From the NCBI RefSeq assembly GCF_032062105.1, contig NW_026924013.1, positions 62,001 to 126,000 on the forward strand: a stretch of DNA of 64,000 nt. Direction: 5' to 3'. The position numbers and the translations under genes are program-made. Shown here piece after piece: positions 49,401 through 61,043 of this stretch (position 1 is its first letter; the number at the start of each line of letters is the position of its first letter). Source of the stretch: Saccostrea cucullata (taxonomy: Eukaryota). Under the pieces are notes generated by a model. The model was not told the DNA's origin. It saw nothing but the letters and a program-made list of their open reading frames with translations, and searched no databases.

Positions 49401-52400
49401 TAGAGAAATTTTACATAATGTCTGGAGTAAAACTGGAGTCCGATAAGACCCCAGAATAAAGATTTGTTTCTTCCAAAGTGAAATGTACTCATACATGTTT
49501 TACCATTATTTTTTTTTATATATAAAACATTCAGTTTAAGATATAATGTTTATTGCATGTAGCTGAGGGTAATGTTGAAAATATTCACCCCCCTTGAAAA
49601 CCATTGACAACCTCGACTTTTCCTCGGTTGACAATGGGTTTCTTGGGGGAATATTATCAATTTTACTGTCAGTTATGTCTGGTATTTATAAAATGAGCAA
49701 TGTTATTTTGTATATTTAGAATTGGCATTGACAAAATGGTAGTCTCTTGGTCACAAAACAATGATTTTTTAAAAATTTTTGATCAAGTTAGGAATATAAG
49801 TATGCTGTACATGTACCACAAAATGCTGAAATTCTTCTTTGATGGGAAAAAAGAAGTTTGATCTGACATTAGACCTGTAGAGTTGTATGAAAACAAACAT
49901 TTGTCTTACAGTTTTTTAATTGCATCATCAATTTGGAGGAAAAAAATGAATTTCAATTATTTTTATTTTCTGCAGCAATGTCACAAAGAAAGTGGGAACA
50001 AATTGTCAATGAAGGACCTAATTGTTAGACCTATACAAAGAATTCCTAGATATGAACTACTTTTACAAGTAAGTACCAAGTTATTTTTAAGACCTTTACA
50101 AAGAATTCTTAGGTTGGAACTACTTTTTACAGTAAGCAGACCTCATTGTTTGACCCATACAAAGAATTCCTGCTTATGAACTATTTTCATTTAAGCATGG
50201 GCTATATAATTGTTAGACTCATACAAAGAATTCCTAAAGATAGGAACTTCTTGAACAAGTATGCACACCTAATTGTTAGACATGTACAAAGAATTCCTAG
50301 ATATGAACTACTTTTACATGCAAGTTTTCCAGACCTCGTATGTTGATTAACTGAAGTGAGATACAAGTATCTAAAGACATATCTTTTTTAGATATGAAAA
50401 ATATATTTATAGCACTGTAAGTTTGCTTTTGTATATTCGTACTATCTTCAAAATAAATTCTTATTCCAGTTTATTGCTGGAATTCTGTCATTTTTCACCT
50501 TTATGCAGCATCAAATTGTATAATCTCTTTTGGATATCGCACTCACAAAATTCCTCTTTCCTTCCGTACTGAAAGTTATGCTGCTCAAAAGGTCAAGGCC
50601 ATCTTATCACTGAAAACCAATTTCTTTTTTTTTTCTTTCTGATGAGGAAGCTGGCATGTGTATTTTTATCAGTGAGAAAACAAGAACCATCTTAAAACAT
50701 TTATAAAGTTGTGATTCCTGTGTCATACCCTGGTGTATGACCCACTTTTATTTGATTTTCTTTTTTATAAACTTTTAAAATTTTTATTTAATGATGATGA
50801 GTCTTTGCAATGTTTTGGTTATTTATCAGTTAAGACAGGAACTGCAGTCTGGTACAGATGTGATTCATGCATTAAGATGAAAAAAAAAAAGATAAAAAAT
50901 TTCACATATCATAATCGATTAATTTTATAGTGCTAATAGCTTACAGTAGATAAGTCAAAAAGTGAAGATTTCAGAAACTTGTGGTTAAATTCTTTTATTT
51001 CTAGTTACATGATTTTTTTTTCAAGCTGAATAGGATTTTCAAAATGTTAATAATGATTTTTGTATGTTTTGTAAATCTTTAAAAGCTGTTCAAATTATAG
51101 TTTGCCAGATACTTTTTAGGGTTGTCAGTTTTGTTTAAATATTCTGGAATTAGTGTCTATGTTTTTCATATTTTTATAAAAGTCAGACACAGTAAAGGCT
51201 GAAATATTTGCAGAAATGTTGAAGGCATTTTAATCAACTCGATACCTGAATAGTGTTCAGGTGAGCTTTAAAGTCCATGGACTACTTCCATTATATTGGA
51301 TCATTTTTTTTTTGTACAAAGCTTCCCCCCTTTGTAATATACCCAAGAGATACAATGTAGAGAGATATTATTCTGTTAGTTGTTTTTATTTTCCTTTATC
51401 ACTCTAAACATCTGACTTCTAGCACAAGATGGAGAATCGTTTATAAAACAGAAAAATATTAGCTAGGCCCCCACTGATGCTACAACTTCATGTTTTTTTC
51501 TTCTTCATGGCTAAGTAGGAGCAAGATTCTGTTTAGATTTTCCACGATAAGACCCCTAAAAAAAGTCTCGGCTATACAATTTGTTGAAGCTGATGATGAT
51601 ACATAGGGTGTGTATATTTAGTTCTCGTTCATAATTTGTGTTGAAATATTAATTACTGCTTGTACTTCTGCATGTGATGGATGAATGTCTTGAAGAATTG
51701 GATCGGAAAACTGTGCCACCGATTTTTTTTTAAAGAAGAGCGAAGGCCTACGATGAGCATCGGGCATTTTTGCAAGACTTTCTTTAAAAATGAAAGATAA
51801 GGAATTTCGAAATTTATATTCTTTTTACTGATCAGGAATGAGTATATACAGGAAAAACGAATTATTGATAAGATGTATGTTCATTTTATGTTTGTTGACT
51901 TAGATTTTATTACTACCTGCATTGCATATCCATTACTGGGGCTTTGATTTATCAAAAGAGTTTTCAAGATGAAATTAATATATTTTGATAAAGTCTGCCA
52001 ACAGCATTTTTGGATGATATTCGTACGATCATTCTTTTCTGTCTTGCCAAAGAGCAATTCTGACTGATTTGTTGTTTTTACTGAGAAGGTCGTTCAACGG
52101 GAATTTTTTTGGTGGTCAAAGAATGTTTAACTATTAGGAAAACAGATTTCTAGCTACCATAATGTTTCTGCATTGTCAAGCATTCTAATATGAGTAAAAA
52201 TTAGATTTTTTAAAAATGTCTTTGAAAAATTAAAGTAGCCAAATTATTTCTGAAGAGCATATTTTAAGATACATGTGTATAATGTACGTTTATAAAAGAA
52301 CTCATATTTAGGATTTTGGGAAATGGTCATGCATTTTCATGCAATGTCTTTCAAAATTTGAATCATTGCAGTTTAAGCTTGTATGAAAAACACTGGATTT

Positions 52401-55400
52401 TCAGTTTTTCTTGACTCGTTTGTTAAATTTTAACATGTGATTTTAAATTTTTTAACTGATTATGAAACATACATCAACTACTGAGGGATGATGCTATACT
52501 TATGGGGGTAATCGATCAGTAAAAAAGTATTCACTTTTTGCCCATTAGCATTAGTACTGCAGAGAAAACTCATTAAATGGGGACTAAAAATGTTATCCTT
52601 CATTGCAGAGATTAATCGAACACACCCCTCCCGGACACCCAGACTTTCCTCTGTTGAAGGAAGCAGAGAAAGTGATGCATGACTTTGCCATCAAACTGGG
52701 TACGGTCAACGAAAGTCAACACGAGGAGGATCAACAAGCCACACTGAAGAGGCTGGAACTCTTACTGATTACTGATGTAAGTAATATTCAGTCATTGTTA
52801 CTGATAAATATAAGTAATAAGGGATCATTTATGATAAGTTTTATATTTTGGGAAGTTTTACTGATAAATGTGCAATTTTTTAAATAAAATTTTTGCTATG
52901 CCATATATTAGTTTTATCAACCAGATATATTTCCATAGACTGTCAGTTACAAACATATCAAACTGAAGGATTAAATAAATTTTTTTTTTGCTTTTATAGC
53001 TGGCTGTGCCAGATAGACAGTACATAAGGCATGACATGGTTCAAATAATGGATACACATTAGGTAATTGGTAATAATGATTCTTCTTACTTAAAAACTCT
53101 TTCTTTTGCAATTCTGTGGCTGTGTAATTCTTGATACATAAGGCATGACATGGTTCACATAATGGTAAGTAGATTGCATTGAAGTTGTTCCCAATAAAAA
53201 GTTAAAGAATTTTGTTTTTTATCTAAGTTGTTTTCATTTATTTAAATCTTAAGTGAAGAATTCAGAAATAAAGTAATTTTAAAATAATTAGTCCAAAGAT
53301 TTAATTTGACTAAATGTATGTTTTGATTTGAATTAGATTTTGAAAGGATTAAATTTGGAATAAAAAAAATCAGTAAAAAGGAATCTAGAAAATAAATATC
53401 TTGTATATGAGAAAAGGCGCAATTAGAAATTTAAAGAAAAATGTTTTCTTAAAATTTGAAGTATTTATGATAATTTTCTGATTTCCATTCCACAGGAAAG
53501 TTGAAACAGAGTATAGCGTAAAATGTACACACAAAGTCTATAAATAGATTTAAAGGTCTAAATGGCTCTTTAATACCATTAAGGGTACCTGTTAAAGGTT
53601 CTTTTATCTCCATGTTGTGACAATTGTAACCCCAATTTTTTTTTCTTACAGAGTAAAAAAGACCAGTGGTGTATATGGACTTTCTCTGATCTCATTATTA
53701 TAAGTAGTCTCAAGAGGCGGAGTGGGCCTGTCACACGCAAATCCATTATCTTGTAAGTACTCAAGTGGCTCCCTGGAAAGTGGCACCCTACCCCAGAAAC
53801 AATGGCCCACCTTATCGTGGCATCATTGCCGGGCTCCTCAAGAGTGATCTATGTTGTAATTTTTAAAAGCTGTCTTTTGAAATCTGGCAATCTGTAGATT
53901 ATTGGCTTAATCTTTGATGATGTAACAGTCAGAAGGCTATTAAAGTATTATTGCACTCCTGTAATATAAATCAAAACCAATACACATTAATGGGCTTGTG
54001 TTATGAGTCTTAGAAATTCTAGACTAGAAAACTAGAAAATGCATTTTAATAGAGAGATGTTTGTTTAATAAGATTTAAAATAAAATTGAAATTTTTTTTT
54101 TTTATCTTAGAAAATCCACTACTGGCCAAGACTTTACAGAGAATATTAAACATAAAGTATGGCTGAAAGTCGGCCTGGATGCTGTAGAAATTGTTAAAAG
54201 TAAGTACATGAATAGGAATGAAATATTTCACTGAATTACAAATTAAATTACAAATGCTTATGCTCATTTACTGTTGTCTTCATATAATTTTGTTCAGCTT
54301 TGTAAGTTGAAACATATGTTAAAAAGTGTGTTACAAATTCAAGTCAAAGGAAAATTAAAAGTAGAAAACAAAAATTCTGACCCATGTTTTTATTTTAGGT
54401 CCCACAAACCTGTCCCGGAGGAACCTAGTGGACCCAGAGCAGCTGGAGGAGGACATTGGTTTTCTGAATGAAATCAGTGATCTCACTAATCGCCTTAATT
54501 GCCCTCATTCTGTAAGATATTTTAATATTTGTCCTTGACCCATAAGCACTTTGTCCTTGACCCTTTTTAGCTTATTTTGACCTCAATCTTAAAAATTCAG
54601 AAATTATATGAGTGACTTGTTTCATTAGCTGTAGCATATTGGTTTAAAAGAAAATGTATCAGTTTGTTATTATGTTTTTCACAAAACAATTCTTAAGAAA
54701 TATTTTGACATTAGAGGTGAATTTAATGTAATTTGTCTAAATTGCAGAGTCTTGAAGAAATTGTCAAAGATATGTTATCAACATTAAATAAGCAACTATC
54801 AGAAGCCATGTTGCGCAATCCAACTGCCGAGTCTAATAAAGTGGATATTCTAGTCACAACACAGTAAGTACATAAATGATATGGAGGCAATATCAGAATA
54901 ATATGAATAACAAAGCAATTTTCTACAGGTGCATGTATGCATAGGGTGCAACACTTTTATCATTAAGTGTTTATTGATAGAAAATAATGCACTGGGTACA
55001 TTGACATCTGTCCTGATGACTGTATATACAGCCAAAATATTGAAAACTTGTAGGCTATCCATTTTGGCCTTTAAAACAGATATGTATTGAACTTGAAGTG
55101 ATTACATGTTAAATGGCCAATTTGTACATAATTTTTATATTAAAATATGTGAATATTTTCACACACACACTAGTGTTGCTTTTATGATGTTCATAGTTTA
55201 TGATTTTTTTATGTCTGAGGCAAACACACAAATATATATATATAGAGAGATATACATGTACTTTATACTTTTGAATCAGAAACTTATATAACCATAAAAT
55301 GTCTTCATTTTTGGATTAAGTTGGATCAGTGAACAATTATTTGTCACATATTTAAAGGATTTCACATCTGAACATAAAGGAGATGGTTTGATGAAAAAAA

Positions 55401-58400
55401 TCTTGTGTTCTCTCCTCCAGGATATAATTTCTCAATAACATTCTCCAATGGTCTTGAAATTCTGGGACAAAAAGTCAATTAAGGCAAATCAATCCTACTT
55501 CTTTCTCTGGTTTGATTAATAAGCAAACTGAAAATTGTTTCTTTTTTTTACAGAGAAGCTATTTACCCATTAGAAATAATGTTCAGTTCTGGAGAAAAGA
55601 GGATAGCATGGGAGGTTGCTGTCAGTGAAGCTAAACAGAAACTAGGTTAGTAGGTCAGCAGTCGGTGGAATCCCCATATAGCCTTTTTATTGCTACAGTT
55701 TAATTAATGTCATGTATAATACTGTTGATGTTTACAAACATTCCAAATATAACCTGACATTGAAAGTCGTATAAATGATTTAAAAGTGCACTTGTACTTT
55801 TATTTTTGGTCCTATTAATGGTTTTATTTCAAGTTCTCTCAGTTTTGTCTTTTGTCTTACAGCTCAGATGTTTGATAAGAGAGCTCCAGAATTTTTGACA
55901 CCATTACCCATCACAAAGACCAGAGCAGGAATGCAGGTAAAATTAAATACTCAGAAGTTAGAAATGTGTTAGTTTTTCCTGTATAAAAATTGCTTAATTT
56001 CTCAAGTTTTCTTGAGCTTCTCTTGATAAATTGGTGACACATCATAAGACCTTGACCTCACATGACAATTTGTTGACATCTTATGTTTGACCTTGACCTA
56101 CTTTTACTTCACAGTTTTCCTGTGCTGCTCCTATTGATGGGGTGAACAACTCAGGTTACCGCGAGGTGTGGGTATGTAACAGTGATGGATATGTAGGGCA
56201 TATGTGTCTCCTGAGCTTACAGCCAGAGCCAATCGTCACGCTCAACACTCCCGTCCCCGGCTGTAATGCCAGAATTCTCTGTATATGTGCCGTCCCGGCG
56301 TACAGCGGAAGCTTTCGCAGGTAAAGGTTGAAGAATTTTGTTGGTCTTTGTGTAGAGATGTTGAATGGTAGTTATGCAAATTAGGGTTCTGTTCTATTGA
56401 ACTATGTTGATAGTAGAAGTTGTATATAGAAAATTGGGTTTAAGCTTCTTTTTTTTTCAGTCACAAAATTAAGCTTCAGTGGTAACTTTTCATTCATTGA
56501 TGGTCATCCATCATAATTAAATGGGTGAAACAAAAGAAAAATTTTTAATTCATTTTTTTCTGCTTCACCACCAGGAAGAGCAGTGGTAAGAAGCACCAGC
56601 ACCCTGTGATCGCCCAGCATCCTGTGATACCGAGCGTGTCGGAGGACAGTCCTCAGATCAGTATAGACGATGCTGAGGAGGGCACGGAGGACGGGACAGA
56701 GGAGGAGGAAGAGGAGAAGTCCGCCGAGGAGAAGTCCAGTTCTGAGTCCGAGTCCAGCGACGAGGAGACAGAGACGCCCTTCCCCAGTATGAACGAAAAC
56801 AATGAGGACCCTATGTCTGTTGATGGTAAGACATGTATTTCTGGTCAAACCAAGGTTAAATTTTTCTGAAAATTGCTTGTTTGGTTTATCCTCCATGTAC
56901 ATGTATCTGCAATTTCCTAAATTTAAAAGTTCATTGAACATTGAAATTAAAGGGGGGATTTAAAGTAATGTGTAGATAAACCCTTTCAATCTGCTTATCT
57001 GTTTAATTTATTGTTCTTTTATTCTCAAATAAAAGTAAGATTACAAATATTCCAATTTGTACTTCTAGATGAGGAAGGGAAAATCCCACCTCCTGCAGAC
57101 CTCCCTGCTCCTACTCCTGAACCAGTTACTCCTAATCCAGATCCAGTTAGCAGTAATCCTGATCCTATAATAGCAGGTAGCTGGATTCAGGACTCACTTA
57201 AAAGCACCATGTGGTTGGGAACTGAGGATGGATGGTATGTGACATTTATTATTCCAAGATTTTACAGCTAAGGCTCTACAATATAGGTCTTTTCAATGGT
57301 ATTTTAACTATCAAAGTAATTTAAAAGAAATGAATTTAAAATTCTTATATAATGCTCACTTGCTTTTCTTGCATAAAATATTCCTCAAGAAAGAAAATAA
57401 AAATGGCTTTTCAGTTTTTAAATGTAACTTTTTTGTATGCATTTTTAAAACAATTTTTTTTTCTTTTCCAGCATCCATGTATTCCAGTGTACAGATAATA
57501 TTAAAACAACAAAGAATAAATTAAAAATACATCATGAATCACCAGTTTATTGTATAGTGTAAGTTACATAACTATTTTTATCTTTTGAAATAAACATGCA
57601 CATGCATGTATAAACAGATGACTGCACAATTAAAACAATCTCCTATGTAAATACTGCATTTTAATGCTTATTTTACAAGTTATTTTTAAACCCCAACAGC
57701 AGTGTTGCATGTTTAATTTGACAGTTTTATCACTTGTTTACAAGTTTTAAAAATCTATTTTCAGATATTTAGACAACAAGGTATTTGCTTCCTTAGCTAA
57801 TGGAGATTTAATCGTGTATAAGAGAGACAGTGGTAAGCATATGTTGTGTAAATTGTTATTGATAAGATCAAATTTAAAACTGTTAACTAGAGTAATCTCC
57901 CTTTAATAGGTTTATAAGGAATTTCCTCTGGGCAAAAATGATAATGCAATTCACATTCTGGAGTAAAAATTGAAAGATAAAATTGAAGAATTTCAAGGGT
58001 ATAATTTGTCAACATGCAAGCATCTTTTTGAGCCATTAATTCAAATTTTCACATTTGAAAATAAACAAGATTTTAAAAAGTTGTTATGATCCATGGGCTG
58101 TCTGAGATTTCAAGGTAACAAAGTTAATTATTTTCAGAAGGAATATGGGATGCAGAGAATCCATATACCAGAAGTATTGGGACGGCCCAGAGTCCTATAA
58201 ATAAGATGCTAGCTGTTGCCGGTAAATTATGGTGCGGCTGTCAAAATGTTATGAAAGTCATCAACCCCCTCACATTAAGTACAGAGGTAAAGGAAAACGG
58301 AGATAAATATGCATCATATAAATCAAATATGAAATAAATTTGCAATATGAACTATATGGATACTTTGAAAAAAAAGTTTACTTTAATTGACATGGGATAA

Positions 58401-60116
58401 CACATGAAAGATTCATATCAAAATCTGTCACAGGAACATATATGCCACATTGCACTCTAAGTCACCTTTCCCTTCTGAAAGATTTTTTCACCACTAAATT
58501 TCCTTGAAATCTTTAATGATTGATAGATATTTATTTTGTTAAATTAGGAATATTTTCACTTTAAATGCTGAATATCGAGAAATATATTTGAAATGATAAC
58601 ATTTAATAAATATCGGAATTCATTTCGTATATTCGAGTTTTTAATGGTTTGTTGTTTCTTTCCATGCGACCTCAGATTCAGAGTGCTGTATTCAGTGTTG
58701 TTTATTGTATTCAGGACTTGAATTGGTTTTGGTATTTAATGGTTCCTTGTTTTGTAGACATCTTTCCAGGCGACCTCGGATTCAGACCGATGCATTCAAT
58801 GTTTAGTGTGTTCAGGACAGGGAGTATGGATGGCCACTCAACAGAGCTCCAAGCTCCTCCTGTATCATGCCACTTCCTATGAATTCCTCCTAGAAGTTAG
58901 TATAGCCCAAGCAGTGGCTCAAAAACTTCAATGTAAGTACTGTAATTATCTTCTCATACATTTTAATTAATGTTTCAGTTTAAATAGAGCACTGACCCAA
59001 AAACTTGAGTACAAGTACCATGAATATCTTTTAAACAATCTTGTAAACATTTTTAATGTAAATCTAATATAGGGATTGATCTAAAACATTTCAGAGTGAG
59101 TGCTAACAGCTATTTCATAATAAAATGGTCGTGCAGTCGCAAGTAGTGAAATTTGTTCCAGTGTACTAAAAGTGCATCTAAGACGTACAATAAAACCCAA
59201 GAAATCTGCCAGATTTTTCTTCATGTGAATAGAGCTGATTGTAATTACATAGATTGAATAATGACCCCATAAAAAAGGTATATTTACAGTATGTACTGGT
59301 AGCTTGCACACTGATAATGTATTTTCCTCTTTACCAGCTGCTGATGACATAATACGACAACATAAAGCTGCCTGTCTTCGGATCACAGCTCTGATGGTGT
59401 GTAAGGATCTATTGTGGGTGGGGACGAGTGCTGGGGTGATACTGACCATTACCATGCCTCGTATCACCTCCACCACCACCAGGGGGTCAATCCCAGCCCC
59501 CACTGTCACAGGTCAGTGGTGATTCATTTTATAAAATGGTTCAAAAAATTTATCACTATTTCTATTTTCTTTGATTTTTGAGATGTGTAATTTAAGTATC
59601 ATGATTTTTTCCCACCTAAGATTGTACGATTTTTGTAAAAAATGAATTTTTTTAAAAATATTGAAATGAAAATTATATCACAATATGAATTCTTTGATGG
59701 ATCAAATTGCATAAATATCTTAACTCTGAAATGAGCTGCAAAATGATCTGTGTTTGATTAATACATGCTAGATGCAAAATCCATGTATAAGTTTGTGAAT
59801 ACAACATGATAAACTCTTATTTACAGGGTTAGTTAATGGACATACAGGGCATGTGAGATTCTTAACGTGTGTAGAGATGACAGTGACTCCCCCCACGGTT
59901 AAGGTGGAGGGAGGGGAAGAAGAGGACGGTATCAGTGAAAACTTAGCCTTACACGGCATACACAGACGTTCATCCATGGCAGCTACCACCACGCTGGCCT
60001 CGCGGATGTTAGTGATCAGTGGGGGTGACGGTTATGAGGACTTCAGAAATAATGCGGCCAACGAGTCAGCGGGGCGCGACGATAGCACCAATCATCTACT
60101 GATCTGGCAAGTGTGA
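31485..60116 (+). CDS. ARHGEF17: Rho guanine nucleotide exchange factor 17-like (disordered N-terminus, DH, split PH, WD40-like propeller), ~1620 aa
   Basis: Exons 31485-33512, 46375-46452, 47983-48162, 48731-48847, 49976-50068, 52609-52776, 53000-53050 (donor anomalous), 53652-53752, 54111-54199, 54399-54511, 54748-54863, 55554-55645, 55863-55936, 56115-56320, 56575-56825, 57069-57234, 57472-57558, 57765-57832, 58138-58286, 58758-58932, 59338-59511, 59827-60116; 4866 nt, in frame. DH motifs RYHIVEELCKNEQEYV, LIVRPIQRIPRYELLL, HTPPGHPD; family motifs KTRAGMQFSCAAP, VWVCNSDGYVG, MWLGTEDG, IIRQHKAACLRITAL, LWVGTSAGV, VISGGDGYEDFR, GRDDSTNHLLIWQV*. Confidence 0.92.
34530..35140 (-). mobile_element. 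Degenerate HINE in reverse orientation, ends similar to the 27736-28584 family
   Basis: aacaaatgtgtttatgaaacac mirrors the 3' end of the 27.7-kb element; (AGAC/AAAC)n then caggacaaaaactatataccc...gggggcataaaaaa mirrors its 5' end; internal aaggtcaa repeats. Confidence 0.65.
37560..38098. repeat. Composite minisatellite of 18-bp and 20-bp units
   Basis: Units gtttg(c/t)ttggttctcaga and ctttgtttggctgaccca(t/g)a alternate, decaying at both edges. Confidence 0.9.
38506..38700. mobile_element. MITE with CAGTAAAAC-type TIRs
   Basis: tacagtaaaacatgattatag ... ctataaccatgttttactgca. Confidence 0.65.
41869..42630 (+). mobile_element. piggyBac-like left end; right boundary uncertain
   Basis: TTAA followed by CCCTTT at 41869-41878, then a 28-bp direct repeat gtgcgggaacccaatatattgggtctga at 41881 and 41925; only a weak aaaggttaa at 42622-42630 as a possible right end. 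Confidence 0.5.
43702..43880. mobile_element. TA-flanked MITE (CAGTAAAAC type)
   Basis: tacagcaaaacttgtttagtacgaa ... ttcgttataactgagttttactgta. Confidence 0.7.
48139..48592 (+). repeat. 43-bp minisatellite (~11 copies) derived from an exon end plus splice donor
   Basis: Unit atgggcaa(c/a/t)gttatatctgccaca|gtaagtcagtttctgaact at 48139, 48182, 48225, 48268, 48307 and onward. Confidence 0.92.
49541..49690. repeat. ~150-bp imperfect palindromic element
   Basis: Arms aatattcaccccc...aaccattgacaacc and ggttgacaatgggtt...gggggaatatt around a short loop. Confidence 0.7.
50015..50326 (+). repeat. ~63-bp tandem repeat (5 copies) derived from an exon end plus splice donor
   Basis: acaaagaattc at 50035, 50098, 50159, 50223, 50286; copies translate to variants of LIVRPIQRIPRYELLL. 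Confidence 0.92.
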
Positions 60117-60824
60117 CCCAGTCAGGCGTAGCTGCTGATGTTTTTGAATTCTTTGTGTACGCTGAGATCGGATGTTACCGTGGTTACTGTGATCTGTCAT
60201 TTTGTACAAAGTGATTTGAATTTATATACATATGTATATAGAGTATGTGAGATTTATTGCAGAGAAAGTGTATGGTATTAATATATGCATTTGGATGTAT
60301 TTAGTGCAGTGTGAAAATTTTCAAAAATATGACTGAATTACAGCAATATGAAACATGATTCTGTTTTACCATTGTAAATTAATGTCTTTTTAATTAATGA
60401 AGGCAGTATTTTGAGGAAGTGCCTACAGAATTTATCCAAATTTTTAATATTTACAAGTCATTGTTGGTGCTATTTAGAGATTTGCAGTCTTTTGACTGTG
60501 TGGTTGAAATCAGAGTTTTATTTTAATGTTTTTATTAACAATCCATCCAAAGATGATACTACCCTAGTAGAATTCAATATTGATGTTACTTGTTTTAAAA
60601 TCTCTACAGTTTAATCTAGTTGTTATTCTTTGAGACAGTATATGAAAGTAAGTCCTAAACCATAGGTAGTAGTACATGTATTCAAAATGGCAAGTTTTTA
60701 AGGTATATCTCAGTATTAGAATAAATAATCTGAATATACTTATAATATTTTTGGAATTTTTTTAGGGGTTGGGGTGGGGTATTTCAAAAGATCCTTAGAT
60801 TTGCCTAAACTCATAATTTGTGAC

Positions 60825-61043
60825 TACCGTAAATCTGGAAATTTTTACGTCGATTTTATTTTGCGAATTCAGGTCAAAATGGTGTTGATTAAATATTACG
60901 TTTCAAAATTTTGCGAATTACCACTGCTTTGTTTACATTTTCTTATTGGTAATTTATTTTTAAGAAAAATATTTTTGCGAATGCAATGAACTCGCAAATT
61001 TGCTAAAAATTTATCTACAGCAAAAATTTCCAGATTTACGGTA
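60825..61043. mobile_element. TA-flanked MITE with perfect TIRs in the ARHGEF17 3' region
   Basis: TACCGTAAATCTGGAAATTTTT ... AAAAATTTCCAGATTTACGGTA (22 bp perfect including TA). Confidence 0.85.

Noticed and set aside
51640-52200. CpG-containing segment with a short ATG-started frame (MDECLEELDRKTVPPIFF)
   Set aside because: Stops after a T homopolymer and no compatible donor was identified.
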